DNA of 64,000 nucleotides from Octopus sinensis. Taxonomy: Eukaryota. This document shows positions 1-12,310 of the stretch, in pieces (position 1 is the first letter of the stretch; each line of letters opens with the position of its first letter). Location: contig NC_043018.1 of assembly GCF_006345805.1 (NCBI RefSeq), positions 9,796,001 to 9,860,000 on the forward strand. The letters are read 5' to 3'. Below the pieces are notes generated by a model that was not told the DNA's origin, made no database searches, and saw only the letters and a list, made by a program, of their open reading frames with translations. Position numbers and translations under genes: made by a program.

Positions 1-378
1 TATATAATGTTTGTGTGTGTTACAAATGTTGTGATATCTGCCTTGGTGTCCTACAATATCCTTATTTTATTGTATGTATTATATATGTTGATATCCTCAA
101 TTCATGATTATATTTAGTTATCAAATGGCAGAATGTTATACACATACACAAGCACACATATATGCATGCATTTATATATATATATACACACACACACAAA
201 ATTTAGAGGATTGACCACTAAAAGTGGACAGCCTGTATACTAGAAATAGATGTCAAAATTGCCATTTTCCAAGGAGAATGTGTTCTCAAGAAAAAATTCA
301 GCAAAAAACCAAAGCGTAAAAATAAGACAAATGAAAATATACAAAGTATTTTTATATTTTTCTTTCTTTTCTTTTTAG

Positions 379-498
379 GTTTCTGATACTCTCGAAAACC
401 TTCTTGAAGATTTAGCTGAAATGGACCAGACCATCAATAATGTTGACCCAATTCCAGCAACTCCAGACAAATTATATGAAGAAATCGAAGACAATAAA
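379..498 (+). CDS. MACF1/DST: Spectraplakin exon 1 in window (VSDTLENLLEDLAEM...EEIEDNK), phase 0-0
   Basis: Polypyrimidine tract ending TAG at 377-378, 120-nt open frame, GTAAGT donor at 499; spectrin-repeat-like helix. Confidence 0.9.
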
Positions 499-693
499 GT
501 AAGTTATTATTATTGTTTTATTTGTGAAACATAACATTTTAAGTGGTTTTGTATTAAATTCATTATGAAATGTCATTAGCTTTACAGCAGTGCCCCAGCA
601 TGGCCACAACTCACAGGCCAAAGTTAGTAAAACCATACAAGGCTGGTACTGGACTCTTGAAAATATATTTCCTTGTGAGGTTTTTTTGTATAT

Positions 694-724
<31 letters not shown>

Positions 725-991
725 ACGGGAAGCTTTATGAAAATAAACAAAAGACGAAGGCAGGTGGAAAACAAACGAACAATTGTATTAGTATTATATA
801 TCATTTCCCTTGACCTTCTTTGGAGCAAGGTGAGGAGGGGTTTCCACTGCATGGATTGTCTTTTTTCTCTGGCTCAAAGGGATGAACCCAACACTCGTGA
901 GTGAGTGCCATGTTACTTGACTCATAAGTTATGACTTATTCAAGCAATATAAAAATACATTTGGTTCATATTACTCATGTCATGAGTCAGT

Positions 992-1673
992 GCTGTATTG
1001 TTTGAGTCATGAGCCGGCACTGTATTGTTTGAGTCATGAGCCGGCGCTGTATTGTTTGAGTCATGAGTCGGCGCTGTGTTGTTTGATCCATGAGTCGGCG
1101 CTGTGTTGTTTGATCCATGAGTCGGCACTGTTGTTTGATCCATGAGTCGGCGCTGTGTTGTTTGATCCATGAGTCGGCGTTGTGTTGTTTGATCCATGAG
1201 TCGGCGTTGTGTTGTTTGATCCATGAGTCGGCACTGTGTTGTTTGATCCATGAGTCGGCGCTGTGTTGTTTGAGCCACGGGTCAGCGCTGTGTTGTTTGA
1301 GCCACGGGTTGGCGCTGTGTTGTTTAAGCCACGGGTTGGCGCTGTGTTGCTTGAGCCACGGGTCGGTGCTGTGTTGCTTGAGCCACGGGTCGGTGCTGTG
1401 TTGCTTGAGCCACGGGTTGGCGCTGTGTTTCTTGAGCCACGGGTCGGCGCTGTGTTTCTTGAGCCACGGTTCGGCGCTGTGTTTCTTGAGCCACGGGTCG
1501 GCGCTGTGTTTCTTGAGCCACGGGTCGGCGCTGTGTTTCTTGAGCCACGGGTCGGCGCTGTGTTGCTTGTGTCACGGGTCGGCGCTGTGTTGCTTGTGTC
1601 ACGGGTTGGCGCTGTGTTGCTTGAGCCACGGGTCGGTGCTGTGTTGCTTGAGCCACGGGTCGGTGCTGTGTTG
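992..1673. repeat. 27-bp minisatellite, about 25 copies
   Basis: Unit gctgtgttgtttgatccatgagtcggc and variants; explains the overlapping ORFs 940-1742. Confidence 0.95.
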
Positions 1674-1738
1674 TCTTATGCCTTCAGTCATTGCCAGGCA
1701 ATTCCTCTAAACTCTCCCTTCTGTCTTTCTCTCTCCAG

Positions 1739-1838
1739 ATGATCATGGAACGTCTACAGAAACACCAATCTAATGTCGAAAATGCCCAACAGTCTGTCGT
1801 CCGACTCATCAACCAAGGAGTGGAAGACCAAGCAGAAA
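1739..1838 (+). CDS. MACF1/DST: Spectraplakin exon 2 (MIMERLQKHQ...VEDQAE), phase 0-1
   Basis: ctctccAG acceptor, GTAAGG donor at 1839; phase fits the next exon (A+TT=Ile). Confidence 0.88.
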
Positions 1839-2338
1839 GTAAGGACACTTTGGTTGTTGGTTTGAATGTAGGAATTGACTCTCCCTTGCCACATGTGATA
1901 TCAACATGTAGCAGTAACCAGAAATCTCATTAATGTAGAAAGTTCAGAGGAAATAATTATATAATGCTACCACATGAAGCCATTACAATATGGTGTTAAC
2001 ATGTTGTAATGAGTTCTTGCGGTGGTATTAATAATAACTTCCTGTTAATGCAGGAATTTAATCTGTTGCTACATGTTCATTTACATGTGCCTGCATCTGT
2101 AAATGATTTTGTAGATTGTAGGAATTGAACAATCTGTTGGTCACATGTGGTGTTTATGATGTTGGTATCATGTCATACATTCTACCATGTTGTGTCTCCA
2201 TTTCTCTGATTTTCACAGATTTTTATAGATGTAGGTGTAACTGTAGCAGGAATTTTGCTTCCCAACCATGTGGTCTTGGGTTCAGTACCACTGTGTGTCA
2301 TCTTGGGCCAACACTGGATAAGCAGTGATGGGGGACAA

Positions 2339-2388
<50 letters not shown>

Positions 2389-2600
2389 CAGGTTTCTTTC
2401 AGTTTCCGTTTGCCAAATCCACTTATAGAACTTTGGTCGGCTAGACCCTATAGTAGAATACACTTGCCCAAGGTGCCATGCAGTGGGACGGAACCTGGGA
2501 CCATGTGGTTGGGAAGCAATAGTTTTAATTTCTCTCAGTTGAAATAGAAATTCCCAAATTCCATCACTGAATTTTACTGTTTTTCTTTTTCTTTGTTTAG

Positions 2601-2833
2601 TTGAAGAAATGAATGCCAAAGTTGGTGAAATAGTAAGACTGGCACAAAGTGTGTCTTCTGCGGCACTGGAACGAGACCGACAGCTAAACCAAGTGGTTCA
2701 GGTGTCCTCAAAGTTCTACGATAAGTGCAACGAGGTGAAGACAACGATAAAAGACCTGCGAGACAATCTATATTCTCAAGAGCCACCTGGAATTGATCCC
2801 CCGACCATAAAAGAACAACAGAAGGAATTACTG
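2601..2833 (+). CDS. MACF1/DST: Spectraplakin exon 3 (EEMNAKVGE...EPPGIDPPTIKEQQKELL), phase 1-0
   Basis: ctttgtttAG acceptor, GTATGT donor; EPPG.DP..IK.QQ motif typical of spectraplakin spectrin repeats. Confidence 0.93.
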
Positions 2834-2987
2834 GTATGTTTTGATATATAAACCTTTTTCTTCCTCATATTCATCCCCTTGGCCCAATCCCCATCTTTAA
2901 CCATCTCTCGCTCTCCCATACATCCTTACAGCTTCTACCCATCCACATTCTCCTATCCCCACCGCACCTTGTACTCACCTTGTATTT

Positions 2988-3423
2988 TGAGGGTCCACTT
3001 TGACACCTCATCTCCTCTATTTTTATCTCTTTCCAGTTTCACCCTGGTCCTTCACCCATCCTGAGGGTCCACTTTGACACCTCATCTCCCCTATTTTTAT
3101 CTCTTTCCAGTTTCACCCTGGTCCTTCACCCATCCTGAGGGTCCACTTTGACACCTCATCTCCCCTATTTTTATCTCTTTCCAGTTTCACCCTGGTCATT
3201 CACCCATCCTGAGGGTCCACTTTGACACCTCATCTCCCCTATTTTTATCTCTTTCCAGTTTCACCCTGGTCCTTCACCCATCCTGAGGGTCCACTTTGAC
3301 ACCTCATCTCCCCTATTTTTATCTCTTTCCAGTTTCACCCTGGTCATTCACCCATCCTGAGGGTCCACTTTGACACCTCATCTCCCCTATTTTTATCTCT
3401 TTCCAGTTTCACCCTGGTCATTC
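2988..3423. repeat. 74-bp tandem repeat, about 6 copies
   Basis: tgagggtcc at 2988, 3062, 3136, 3210, 3284, 3358. Confidence 0.95.
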
Positions 3424-4051
3424 AGCCACCCTCTCTTCTATAATGTTGCTTCTCTACAGCAACAAACCTCTTCTATTCTGGCCCCTTTTTTCACCCCTTT
3501 AACCCTTCAGCGTGCAAGTTACCCTGTCAAATGTAATCTTTATATATTGACATTGTTTTGAGTTAGTCTCATAGCTTTGAGATTTCGATGATGTGATGGT
3601 TGATTTTTAGAATGGCATTGTAAGGTTCGTGTGAATTAATCATGCATCATCTCAGAGCTTTGAGATTTCAAAGATGCTATTGTCTGTTTTTAGAATGACA
3701 TTGTCAGATAGGTGTAAGAGGCCAGATCTGGCTGGTTTGAACATGAAACGGATAAAATATTTCAGCCAAATATGATTGGTTTAAATGCTAAAGAGTTAAC
3801 CCCCCTCATCTCCTAACATATAGTCGTCTCCCTCCCAGCTGTAACCTCACCCAGTCTAAAAGGACCTTATTCTTGCAAGCAGCATGGTGACCCCTCCCAG
3901 TGTTGGTGCCATGGAAAAAAAATCACAAAGTTTTTCTCATCCAAGGGTTATTTTAATCTAATCTTATTAAAAGTTATTATCTGTAGCTAGATTCACATTT
4001 GGGGTAGATTGGATGACTTGTAAATGTATATCTTTTGTTTCCTGTCCTCAG

Positions 4052-4276
4052 GACATTCGTCAGACCCAAGAAAATACTGTGATACAGACTGCAGAATGCC
4101 GGAAAGTTGGCAGCAAGTTGTCGTCGATGTGCGGAGATCCTGGTAAAATTGAAGTCCAGAAACAGTTGGAAGACATTGATAATGTGGCCGAAGACTTGAA
4201 TGATGTCGCTTATGAACGAGAAGAAGAACTGAATGCAGCTCTTGGCTACGCACAGAAATTTCAAGTAACAATTGAT
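4052..4276 (+). CDS. MACF1/DST: Spectraplakin exon 4 (DIRQTQENT...AQKFQVTID), phase 0-0
   Basis: cctcAG acceptor, 225 nt open, GTAAGT donor. Confidence 0.93.
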
Positions 4277-5147
4277 GTAAGTAGGGCAAGATTTTTTATG
4301 TTGTTTAATCCCAGGTTAGTCCTCACCCAGCAGACCTGTAATGCTTCAGGTATGACATTTTTCTGCTTTATTTAACCATAAAGCATTCAGATTATTCTGT
4401 CAGAATTAAATAATTATTTATTTACGTTGTTTTGAATTAACCATTATCTTGTAGCTTTGCAATTTCAATGTTGTGATTGCCTCTTTGTAGAATGATTGCC
4501 TCTTTGTAGAATGACATTGTAGGGTAAGTGTGAGAGGCTGAATCTGGCTGGTTTGAATGAAAAGCAAGTAAATATCTGGACTTGAGATGGCTGATTTAAC
4601 CCTTTAACTTAATCATGCATCATCTCGTAACTTTGAGATTTCAATGATGTGATTATTTGTAAAATGAGATTGTAGGGTAAGTGTGAGAGGCTGGATCTGG
4701 CCAGTTTTCATATTAAACATGTAGAATATCTGGGCTGGATATGGCATTCAAATTCCTCTGCCAAATATAATGCTTATTTATTCACATTATTTTGAACTGA
4801 CAGAATATTTGGATATAGCTGGTTCAAATACTAAAAGGTGACGACATTAAGCCACAATATATATTCCAGCTAGGAGCTAATATATATTCTAGTTAGAATA
4901 TTTATATGTTGTAGTTTGTAGCCAAGAGTAACAATGCCAGTTTCTCTCTTTTTCACCATTCTTCTTGAACAAAGGTCAATTGCCTATGACATATGTTCCT
5001 CTCCTGTCTACTTGGACAAAGGTCAACTGACCATTATGTTGGATTCTTCATTCATTCTCACAACAATGGAACTCTTTAAGAATCTCTTCAGTGGATTATC
5101 GTTGCTGGTATTGAACACCTGTTTTCCCACCAGGTTCTGGATTTTAC

Positions 5148-5152
<5 letters not shown>

Positions 5153-5186
<34 letters not shown>

Positions 5187-5211
5187 CTCACACACATATA
5201 TGCACACACTC

Positions 5212-5257
<46 letters not shown>

Positions 5258-6570
5258 GCACACACTCACACATATACGCACACACACACACATATATATA
5301 TACACACACACATATATATACATACACACACACACACACACACACACATATATGTATGTATATTTTTGAACACAAGTGTTTGTGTATTTTTTTATACATG
5401 TTTGTATGTGTATTTGTTTATATCTGTTTGTGTGTGTCTGTTTATGTCTGATTGTGTGTTTTTATTTGTTTGTGTGTTTACAGGTTTGTGATTTCTATGT
5501 ATGTTTCTGTGTTTGTATGTATAACCACAGAGTTATTTATTCATTCAATTTTTCTCAACCAATCAATGGACCAATTGAGTAAACCTGTCAGTAACGAACC
5601 TATAATGATAACTGGAAACAGCTGTAAGCCAAATTTACTGCAAGAATAAATATGCAATAGCCATTATATTTGTACCTTGTCATATGATATATGTCTGTGT
5701 ATGTATTTGTGTCTGCGAGTGTGTTTCTGTCTCTGTGTGTGTATTGCTTATTTGTGGGCCACCCGAAACCAGCTGGAGATTTATAAAGTAAAAAAAAAGT
5801 GCTCAATACATTATAAATGTAGAGTCAACATCTTTTCTTAAAAAAAACACGCAATAATATATATATATATATATATGCACACACTCACACACATATATGC
5901 ACACACTCACACACATATACACACACACACACACACATATATATATGCACACACTCACACACATATACACACACACACACACACATATATATATACACAC
6001 ACACATATATATACATACACACACACACACACACACACATATATGTATGTATATTTTTGAACACAAGTGTTTGTGTATTTTTTTATACATGTTTGTATGT
6101 GTATTTGTTTATATCTGTTTGTGTGTGTCTGTTTATGTCTGATTGTGTGTTTTTATTTGTTTGTGTGTTTACAGGTTTGTGATTTCTATGTATGTTTCTG
6201 TGTTTGTATGTATAACCACAGAGTTATTTATTCATTCAATTTTTCTCAACCAATCAATGGACCAATTGAGTAAACCTGTCAGTAACGAACCTATAATGAT
6301 AACTGGAAACAGCTGTAAGCCAAATTTACTGCAAGAATAAATATGCAATAGCCATTATATTTGTACCTTGTCATATGATATATGTCTGTGTATGTATTTG
6401 TGTCTGCGAGTGTGTTTCTGTCTCTGTGTGTGTATTGCTTATTTGTGGGCCACCCGAAACCAGCTGGAGATTTATAAAGTAAAAAAAAAGTGCTCAATAC
6501 ATTATAAATGTAGAGTCAACATCTTTTCTTAAAAAAAACACGCAATAATATATATATATATATATATATA
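5153..6570. repeat. ~690-bp tandem duplication bounded by (TA)n
   Basis: Identical ORFs offset by 691 nt (5376/6067, 5452/6143, 5600/6291). Confidence 0.95.
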
Positions 6571-6574
6571 AAAT

Positions 6575-6850
6575 ATATAAAAATACAAAATGGGACAAGG
6601 ACGCAAAGCATTCAAATAGACGATACAAAAAACGGACGGGTTATTCGAAGCCTCCAATCTTCAGTCAAGAACTGGATCATCCTCGCAATTTTGGCTGATT
6701 AATCTTGAGATTGCTCCGATCTGGCCAGCCCCAAGGCAAAACTAAGCTACGAGCATTAGATTTCTTGGAAAAAGGATCAAAATATACGAAACAAGGACAG
6801 AAAAACGGACGATGCCACACGAATATAAATACAAAAAACAATAATAATAA
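6575..6850. mobile_element. Dispersed repeat (aaatacaaa.tgggacaag..cg.aa..catt) anchored in (TA)n
   Basis: Second, truncated copy at about 30070-30200. Confidence 0.6.
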
Positions 6851-6972
6851 TGATAATATGAGAGAGAGAGAGAGTGAGAGGTTAAGTTGAAAGTAACATT
6901 GAGATGAATTGAAATAAATAAATACGATTCCACTGTTAAATATAATTTCACTGATCAAAATTTTATTTTCAG

Positions 6973-7074
6973 GCAATCAGAAGCTGGCTTCCAGTATCAC
7001 AAAAGAAACTTTCCGTCATGAAAGTTCCATCGACCGATAAGGCTGCATTAAGGAGCCAAATTGAAGAACTTAAG
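6973..7074 (+). CDS. MACF1/DST: Spectraplakin exon 5 (AIRSWLPVSQKK...QIEELK), phase 0-0
   Basis: ttttcAG acceptor, GTAAGT donor, conserved helix-A Trp (WL). Confidence 0.9.
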
Positions 7075-7257
7075 GTAAGTAAAATGCTGCAGTCTGTTTA
7101 ATACCCGCACACATACACAGGGTTGTAGTAGCCATGGTGTACTTATCGTTCCATCTTTTCAAGCTTCATGTTGCCATACAGCAGATGGCGCTGCCATAGG
7201 AATCATAAGACAAACAAACAAATAAATGACAACGCTTGCAATCTCCTATATATATGT

Positions 7258-7557
7258 GGAGGCGCAATGGCCCAGTGGTTAGGGCAGCGGACTCGCGGTC
7301 GTAGGATCGCGGTTTCGATTCCCAGACCGGGCGTTGTGAGTGTTTATTGAGTGAAAACACTGAAAGCTCCACGAGGCTCCGGCAGGGGATGGTGGTGATC
7401 CCTGCTGTACTCTTTCGCCACAACTTTCTCTCACTCTTTCTTCTGTTGGCCTGCTCGCTTAGCCAGTGGGGTGGCGTCATTCGAAGGCTAAAACAATGCG
7501 AAGCGCATTGTGACCAGCGATGTGTAACAACATCTGATAGCCTGGTCGGTCACGTTA
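7258..7557 (+). mobile_element. SINE family D (tRNA-derived head), inserted in (TA)n
   Basis: A box TGGCCCAGTGG, B-box-like GGTTTCGATTCC; same head at 15900-16195. Confidence 0.8.
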
Positions 7558-7689
7558 TATATATATATATATATTTCTGTTGTATAACGATCCATTGGCA
7601 TGCACATCCGAACGTGGGGTGTAACTGGCCCACTTATGAGTACTTTTCATTCGTTGCACAATGAACTTTGCTTGCGAAGACCTATTGAG

Positions 7690-8150
7690 GCAACTGTAAA
7701 CAAACCAAAATCGCTGACGTGGCCATGACAGTACCACCTGATTGGCACTCATGCCAGTGAAACGTTAAAAGCACATCCGAGTGCAATCGTTGCCAGGGCA
7801 GCGGATTGGCTCCCATGCCAGTGACATGTGAAAAGCACCATTCAAGCATGATCGTTGCCAGCATCACCTTACTGGCACATGTGCCAGTGGTACGTGAAGA
7901 ACAACTTCTGAACGTGGTCGTTGCTAGTGCCGCCAGACTAGCTCCCATGCATGTAGCACATAAAAGCACCTTTTGAGCATGGTCGTTGCCAGACCCACCT
8001 GACTGGCCCATGTGCCGGTGGCATGTAAAAGCATCCAGTGCACTTTTGGAGTGGTTGGCATTAGGAAGGGCATCCAGCTTTAGAAACTTTGCCAGATCAA
8101 ATTGAGCCTAGTGAGGCCTCTGGCTCACCAGTCCTCCAAGCAATCTTTCA
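7690..8150 (+). mobile_element. Retroposon family C with internal tandem array
   Basis: Core gtggttggcattaggaagggcatccagctgtagaa; many copies end in a (GAT)n tail. Others about 12497-12632, 12895-13090, 15315-15478, 21160-21345, 24420-24675, 25440-25628, 36650-36822, 53810-54105, 55835-56005, 59400-59575, 63860-64000. Confidence 0.75.
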
Positions 8151-8721
8151 AGCTCTATTTATCTGTTGTTGCTTTTTAAAATCTATATAAATGCAGAAAG
8201 AGAGCCTGAAAGATTGCTTGGTGATACATATGGCACATTTCATGAAGATGCCTGGTTAAAGTATTATAAAAGCACAAAAATATTAGTAGCTCTTCTGCAT
8301 GTGTATTAATTCGTTATTTATTTCTCACTCAATGGGAAATCATTGTTTGCTGATATTACCTGTTTTGGATCCATCCAGCTATACACACACACACACAAAG
8401 TATGGGGGTTTAGTTCACAGGTGATCTAAACAATTAGGTACGCTAGGTAAGTGGTGTAACAGATTTCTGGGGCTCCATGGTTATAACCGATTATGGTAGT
8501 TACGGAGCCATTGCAGATTATTTCTGATGCAGCGGATATATAATTGTTAAAGAGGACATCAAACATTAAGGCAAGGCAAGCATCTAAAGTCATATACAAT
8601 ATTATTATAGGATAATATTGTATAGGACTTGAGATGTTTGCCTAGCCTTAATGTTTGATGTCCTGTTTAACATTTACATATATATATATGTCTGTATGTC
8701 TTTCTATATATATATATATAT

Positions 8722-8920
8722 ATAACGGGAAGCTTTATGAAAATAAACAAAAGATGAAGGCAGGTGGAATACAAACAAGCAATTGTATTAGTATGGCACT
8801 CAGGAATATAAATAAAACAAGTCTTTTACATTTCGAGCCTACGCTCGAAAGATACACAGAGAAGAAACACAGAAAGAAGGAGAGAAAAAAAATGCGTGCA
8901 GAGGCTAGCGAATCAACATA
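8722..8920. mobile_element. Dispersed repeat starting ataacgggaagctttatgaaaataaac, anchored in (TA)n
   Basis: Second copy at 722-795; contains hairpin TTTCGAGC-CTAC-GCTCGAAA 8831-8850. Confidence 0.6.
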
Positions 8921-8998
8921 GATTGATAAATTGATAATTGTACATCCATGCTCATATGTTGATATTTTCTAGAAATTTCTGTCAATCTATTCTTTCAG

Positions 8999-9166
8999 CT
9001 CTTCAAGATGCAGACTCACCCCCATGTAGCTGATGTGGATATCCTTAATCAACACATGACTGCACTGAATGACCTTTCACCTGTAGCAGCAGAATACCTC
9101 GTGAAGCCTGTCAGTGACATTAACGAACAATGGAACGAACTAATTAAAGGAATTGCTGATCGAGAG
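8999..9166 (+). CDS. MACF1/DST: Spectraplakin exon 6 (LFKMQTHPHV...QWNELIKGIADRE), phase 0-0
   Basis: ctttcAG acceptor, GTGGGT donor, helix-C Trp. Confidence 0.9.
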
Positions 9167-9523
9167 GTGGGTAACCGTATCCTTATTGTTTATAAATCCA
9201 CTGATTAATTAATTCCACCATCCAAGAATTAGAGTTCGTTAAGCCATTGAGTTTCAGGGGCGAACCATTGGAAACTTTATCATCATTTAGTGTATCTTGA
9301 GAAAGTCTGTGTAGTGGAGTTCATTCCTCTCCAGCAGCAGAATTTAGACTGAGCACTACAGGATAACAAGACCCCACCCAACCCCGCCTGTCAGTTTTCA
9401 CTGTATTGCTATGGTGTGGAGCCACAAATTGTTCTTAAATCTGTAATTCTATTAAAATATAAACTTTATCATTAAGTCTGTCATGTAAGAATGAAGCTAT
9501 CTGATTAATTTAGAAGTTTACAA

Positions 9524-9756
9524 AGGCAGCGAGCTGGCAGAATCGTTAGCACGCCGGGCGAAATGCGTAGCTGTGTTTCGTCTGCCGTTATGTTGTGAGT
9601 TCAAATTCCGCCGAGGTTGACTTTGACTTTCATCCTTTCGGGGTTGATAAATTAAGTACCAGTTACGCACTGGGTCGATGTAATCGACTTAATCCGTTCG
9701 TCTGTCCTTGTTTGTCCCCTCTATGTTTACCCCCTTGTGGGCAATAGAGATATATA
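9524..9756 (+). mobile_element. SINE family A, intact copy with 18-bp TSD
   Basis: TSD TAATTTAGAAGTTTACAA at 9506-9523 / 9757-9774; B-box-like GAGTTCAAATTC; core ctttcatcctttcggggt(c/t)gataaa resembles conserved metazoan SINE central domains (recalled). Other copies about 10640-11135, 11490-11640, 16659-16850, 32810-33140, 38878-39100, 51710-52140, 59590-59750(-), 62680-62875(-). Confidence 0.85.
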
Positions 9757-11864
9757 TAATTTAGAAGTTTACAATAAGCGGAGAGAAAAAAAAGGGTTGA
9801 GAAGATTCCAAGCTGGTGCCATGATAAAATGGATCCAATAAGCTCTGTAAAGGGGTTGGTGATAGGAAAGGGGATTCACCTGTCAAAATGAAGCCCAACA
9901 CATTTTTATGTACCCATTGTTGTAATTCCATTTGCACGAGGTTTTCTTTTAAGAATTAGTTGCTTCAATTTTATTATTTTATTGCTGTAATTAATATTGA
10001 ATTTTATTTTTTTATTCTTTGAACTGATTTCCAACCAGAACTGCCCTTCCTTCACACAAACTCTGTTTGATTCCTTTTCAAAATTGTTCACCACAGAACT
10101 CCACCCCCATCTCCTCCCTCGACCCCCACCAAACATTCAGTGACGTTAATTTGTTTCTCTTTAATTTCTTTCGTTCGTTAACCATCGTTGTTTACCTTTT
10201 ATTTTTTAATTGCCAACTCTGGAAAATTTCTTCAGGAAGAACAGGTAACTGTGACCGGCACCAACAACTGCCTAAACAGCAGTTATCTGTTGTATACACT
10301 CACTTTAGTCTTCTACACCATTACACTTTAGAATATTTACAAATTCTAGCAAAAGAAAAAAAAAAGTTTTGAAAATTTTTTTTTGTTTCTAGAAATTTCT
10401 TCGATCCATAGAATTATAAATAGCTTAGCTTCTTATATGGCCCAAACCTCTCAGACCTGTCAATTTTCATCCTTTCATTTTATTCATTCCCCAAACATTG
10501 TGAAAATTCTTCATCAAAGAATTTCAATCTTAGTTATTGGCATTATAATTCTTGTGTGTGTGAGAGAGAGACGTTTTAATGATGATCGTCTCCGCCAATA
10601 AAGTTCTCATCATCTATTTGCTGTCGGCTTGACATTCTGCCATCACCCAACCATTGTTTTGCGTCATTACTTCTGGCATGCCAGACAAATTGCTTGGCAG
10701 TATTTTGTCTGTCCTTAGGTTCTGAGCTCAAATTCCACCAAAGTTGACTTTAACTTCTGTTGTCCTTTTGGAGTTAATAAAAATAAGTACCGATTGAGTA
10801 CTGGGGTCAGTGCAATGCATTTCCCCCTCCCTTCAAAATTTCTGGCCTTCTGCCGAACTTTCAAGCTATTAATACTTCTGGCTCATTATGTACTGAGTTC
10901 AAATCTCACCATGGTCAGATTTACGTTTCATAAAATAAAGTACAGGTACCGATATAATTAACAAAATCATCTTCCTTCAAAATTGCTGATTTTGTGCCTC
11001 TGTGAGAAATGATTCTCACTTTCTAAGGCAGTGAAGTGGCAGAGTTGGTTGAGCATCAGACAAAATGCTTTGCACTGTTTATTCCAGCTCTTTACATCCC
11101 AGGTTCAAATCCTGCCTGGGGTAACATTACCTCTTGGACTTTGATTCTTTTGATACCAACCCATCTGAGATTGCCCTTGGTTCTACGATACAAACATTTG
11201 TTTTAAAGTGATCTAAATTGAAATCTTCCACCAAAATTTCGTATTATGTTCCAAACACCAGCTGAAGAAAGACAAAGTTGTTTTACTAAATTCTTCACTA
11301 TTTTCAAAATTAGTTGAAATAAAGGCAGTGTATTTCAAGAGAAATGTGATAACAAAAGGATTGTGTCGACATAAAGGACCAGTGCTGCACCTGGGTTGAT
11401 GGTTTCTATTTTATCTCCTTGCAAAATTGTTGACCTTGTGCCAAAAAATCAAAATGATTATTACCTCTTGCTGTGCATAGCAATCCACAATTGGCAGAAT
11501 TGTTGGAGCATTGGCAAAAATACCTTGGAGCATTTTTTTCCAACCTCTTACATCTTTGGTTCAAATCCTGCTGAGGCCAACTTCGCCTTTCTTCATCTTT
11601 TTTGGAATTGACATTATAAAATACCCATTAAGTACTAGAAAAAGGACCCCCTTCAATCATGAATGGCTGTGGGAGTGCATCTAGAAAGTTCCTCTCTGAA
11701 GCAAAATTCCAAAATATAGAAGAGTTCCCCTTGAGTTTATATGTTTATAAAAACAATTCATCAAACCAGAAATCAACATTTTGTACATTTTTATTCTGTA
11801 TCACCTCTTTTATTTGGTACATTTCTCTACAGATTCATGATAGATAAACACACTCTCTCCCTCT

Positions 11865-12013
11865 CCACACACACACACGCATTTTTATTTATTTTATGCT
11901 CACACAGCAATATATATGCTTTGTCAATGTTGCTAGACACACACACACGCTGCTCTATATGCATAAAAATTTTTCTGTATCTGTGTGTGTGAGCACCCAT
12001 TCATGCTCACATT

Positions 12014-12070
<57 letters not shown>

Positions 12071-12224
12071 CACACACACACACACGCATTTTTATTTATT
12101 TTATGCTCACACAGCAATATATATGCTTTGTCAATGTTGCTAGACACACACACACGCTGCTCTATATGCATAAAAATTTTTCTGTATCTGTGTGTGTGAG
12201 CACCCATTCATGCTCACATTGGTT

Positions 12225-12296
<72 letters not shown>

Positions 12297-12310
12297 ACAC
12301 ACACACACAC
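11865..12310. repeat. ~207-bp tandem duplication bounded by (CA)n/(TA)n
   Basis: gcatttttattt at 11879 and 12086 with identical downstream sequence. Confidence 0.9.

Noticed and set aside
940-1742. Overlapping repetitive ORFs
   Set aside because: 27-bp minisatellite artefact inside an intron
7258-7330. tRNA gene
   Set aside because: tRNA-like head continues into a SINE body and has no complete acceptor stem; the same applies to the other A/B-box hits
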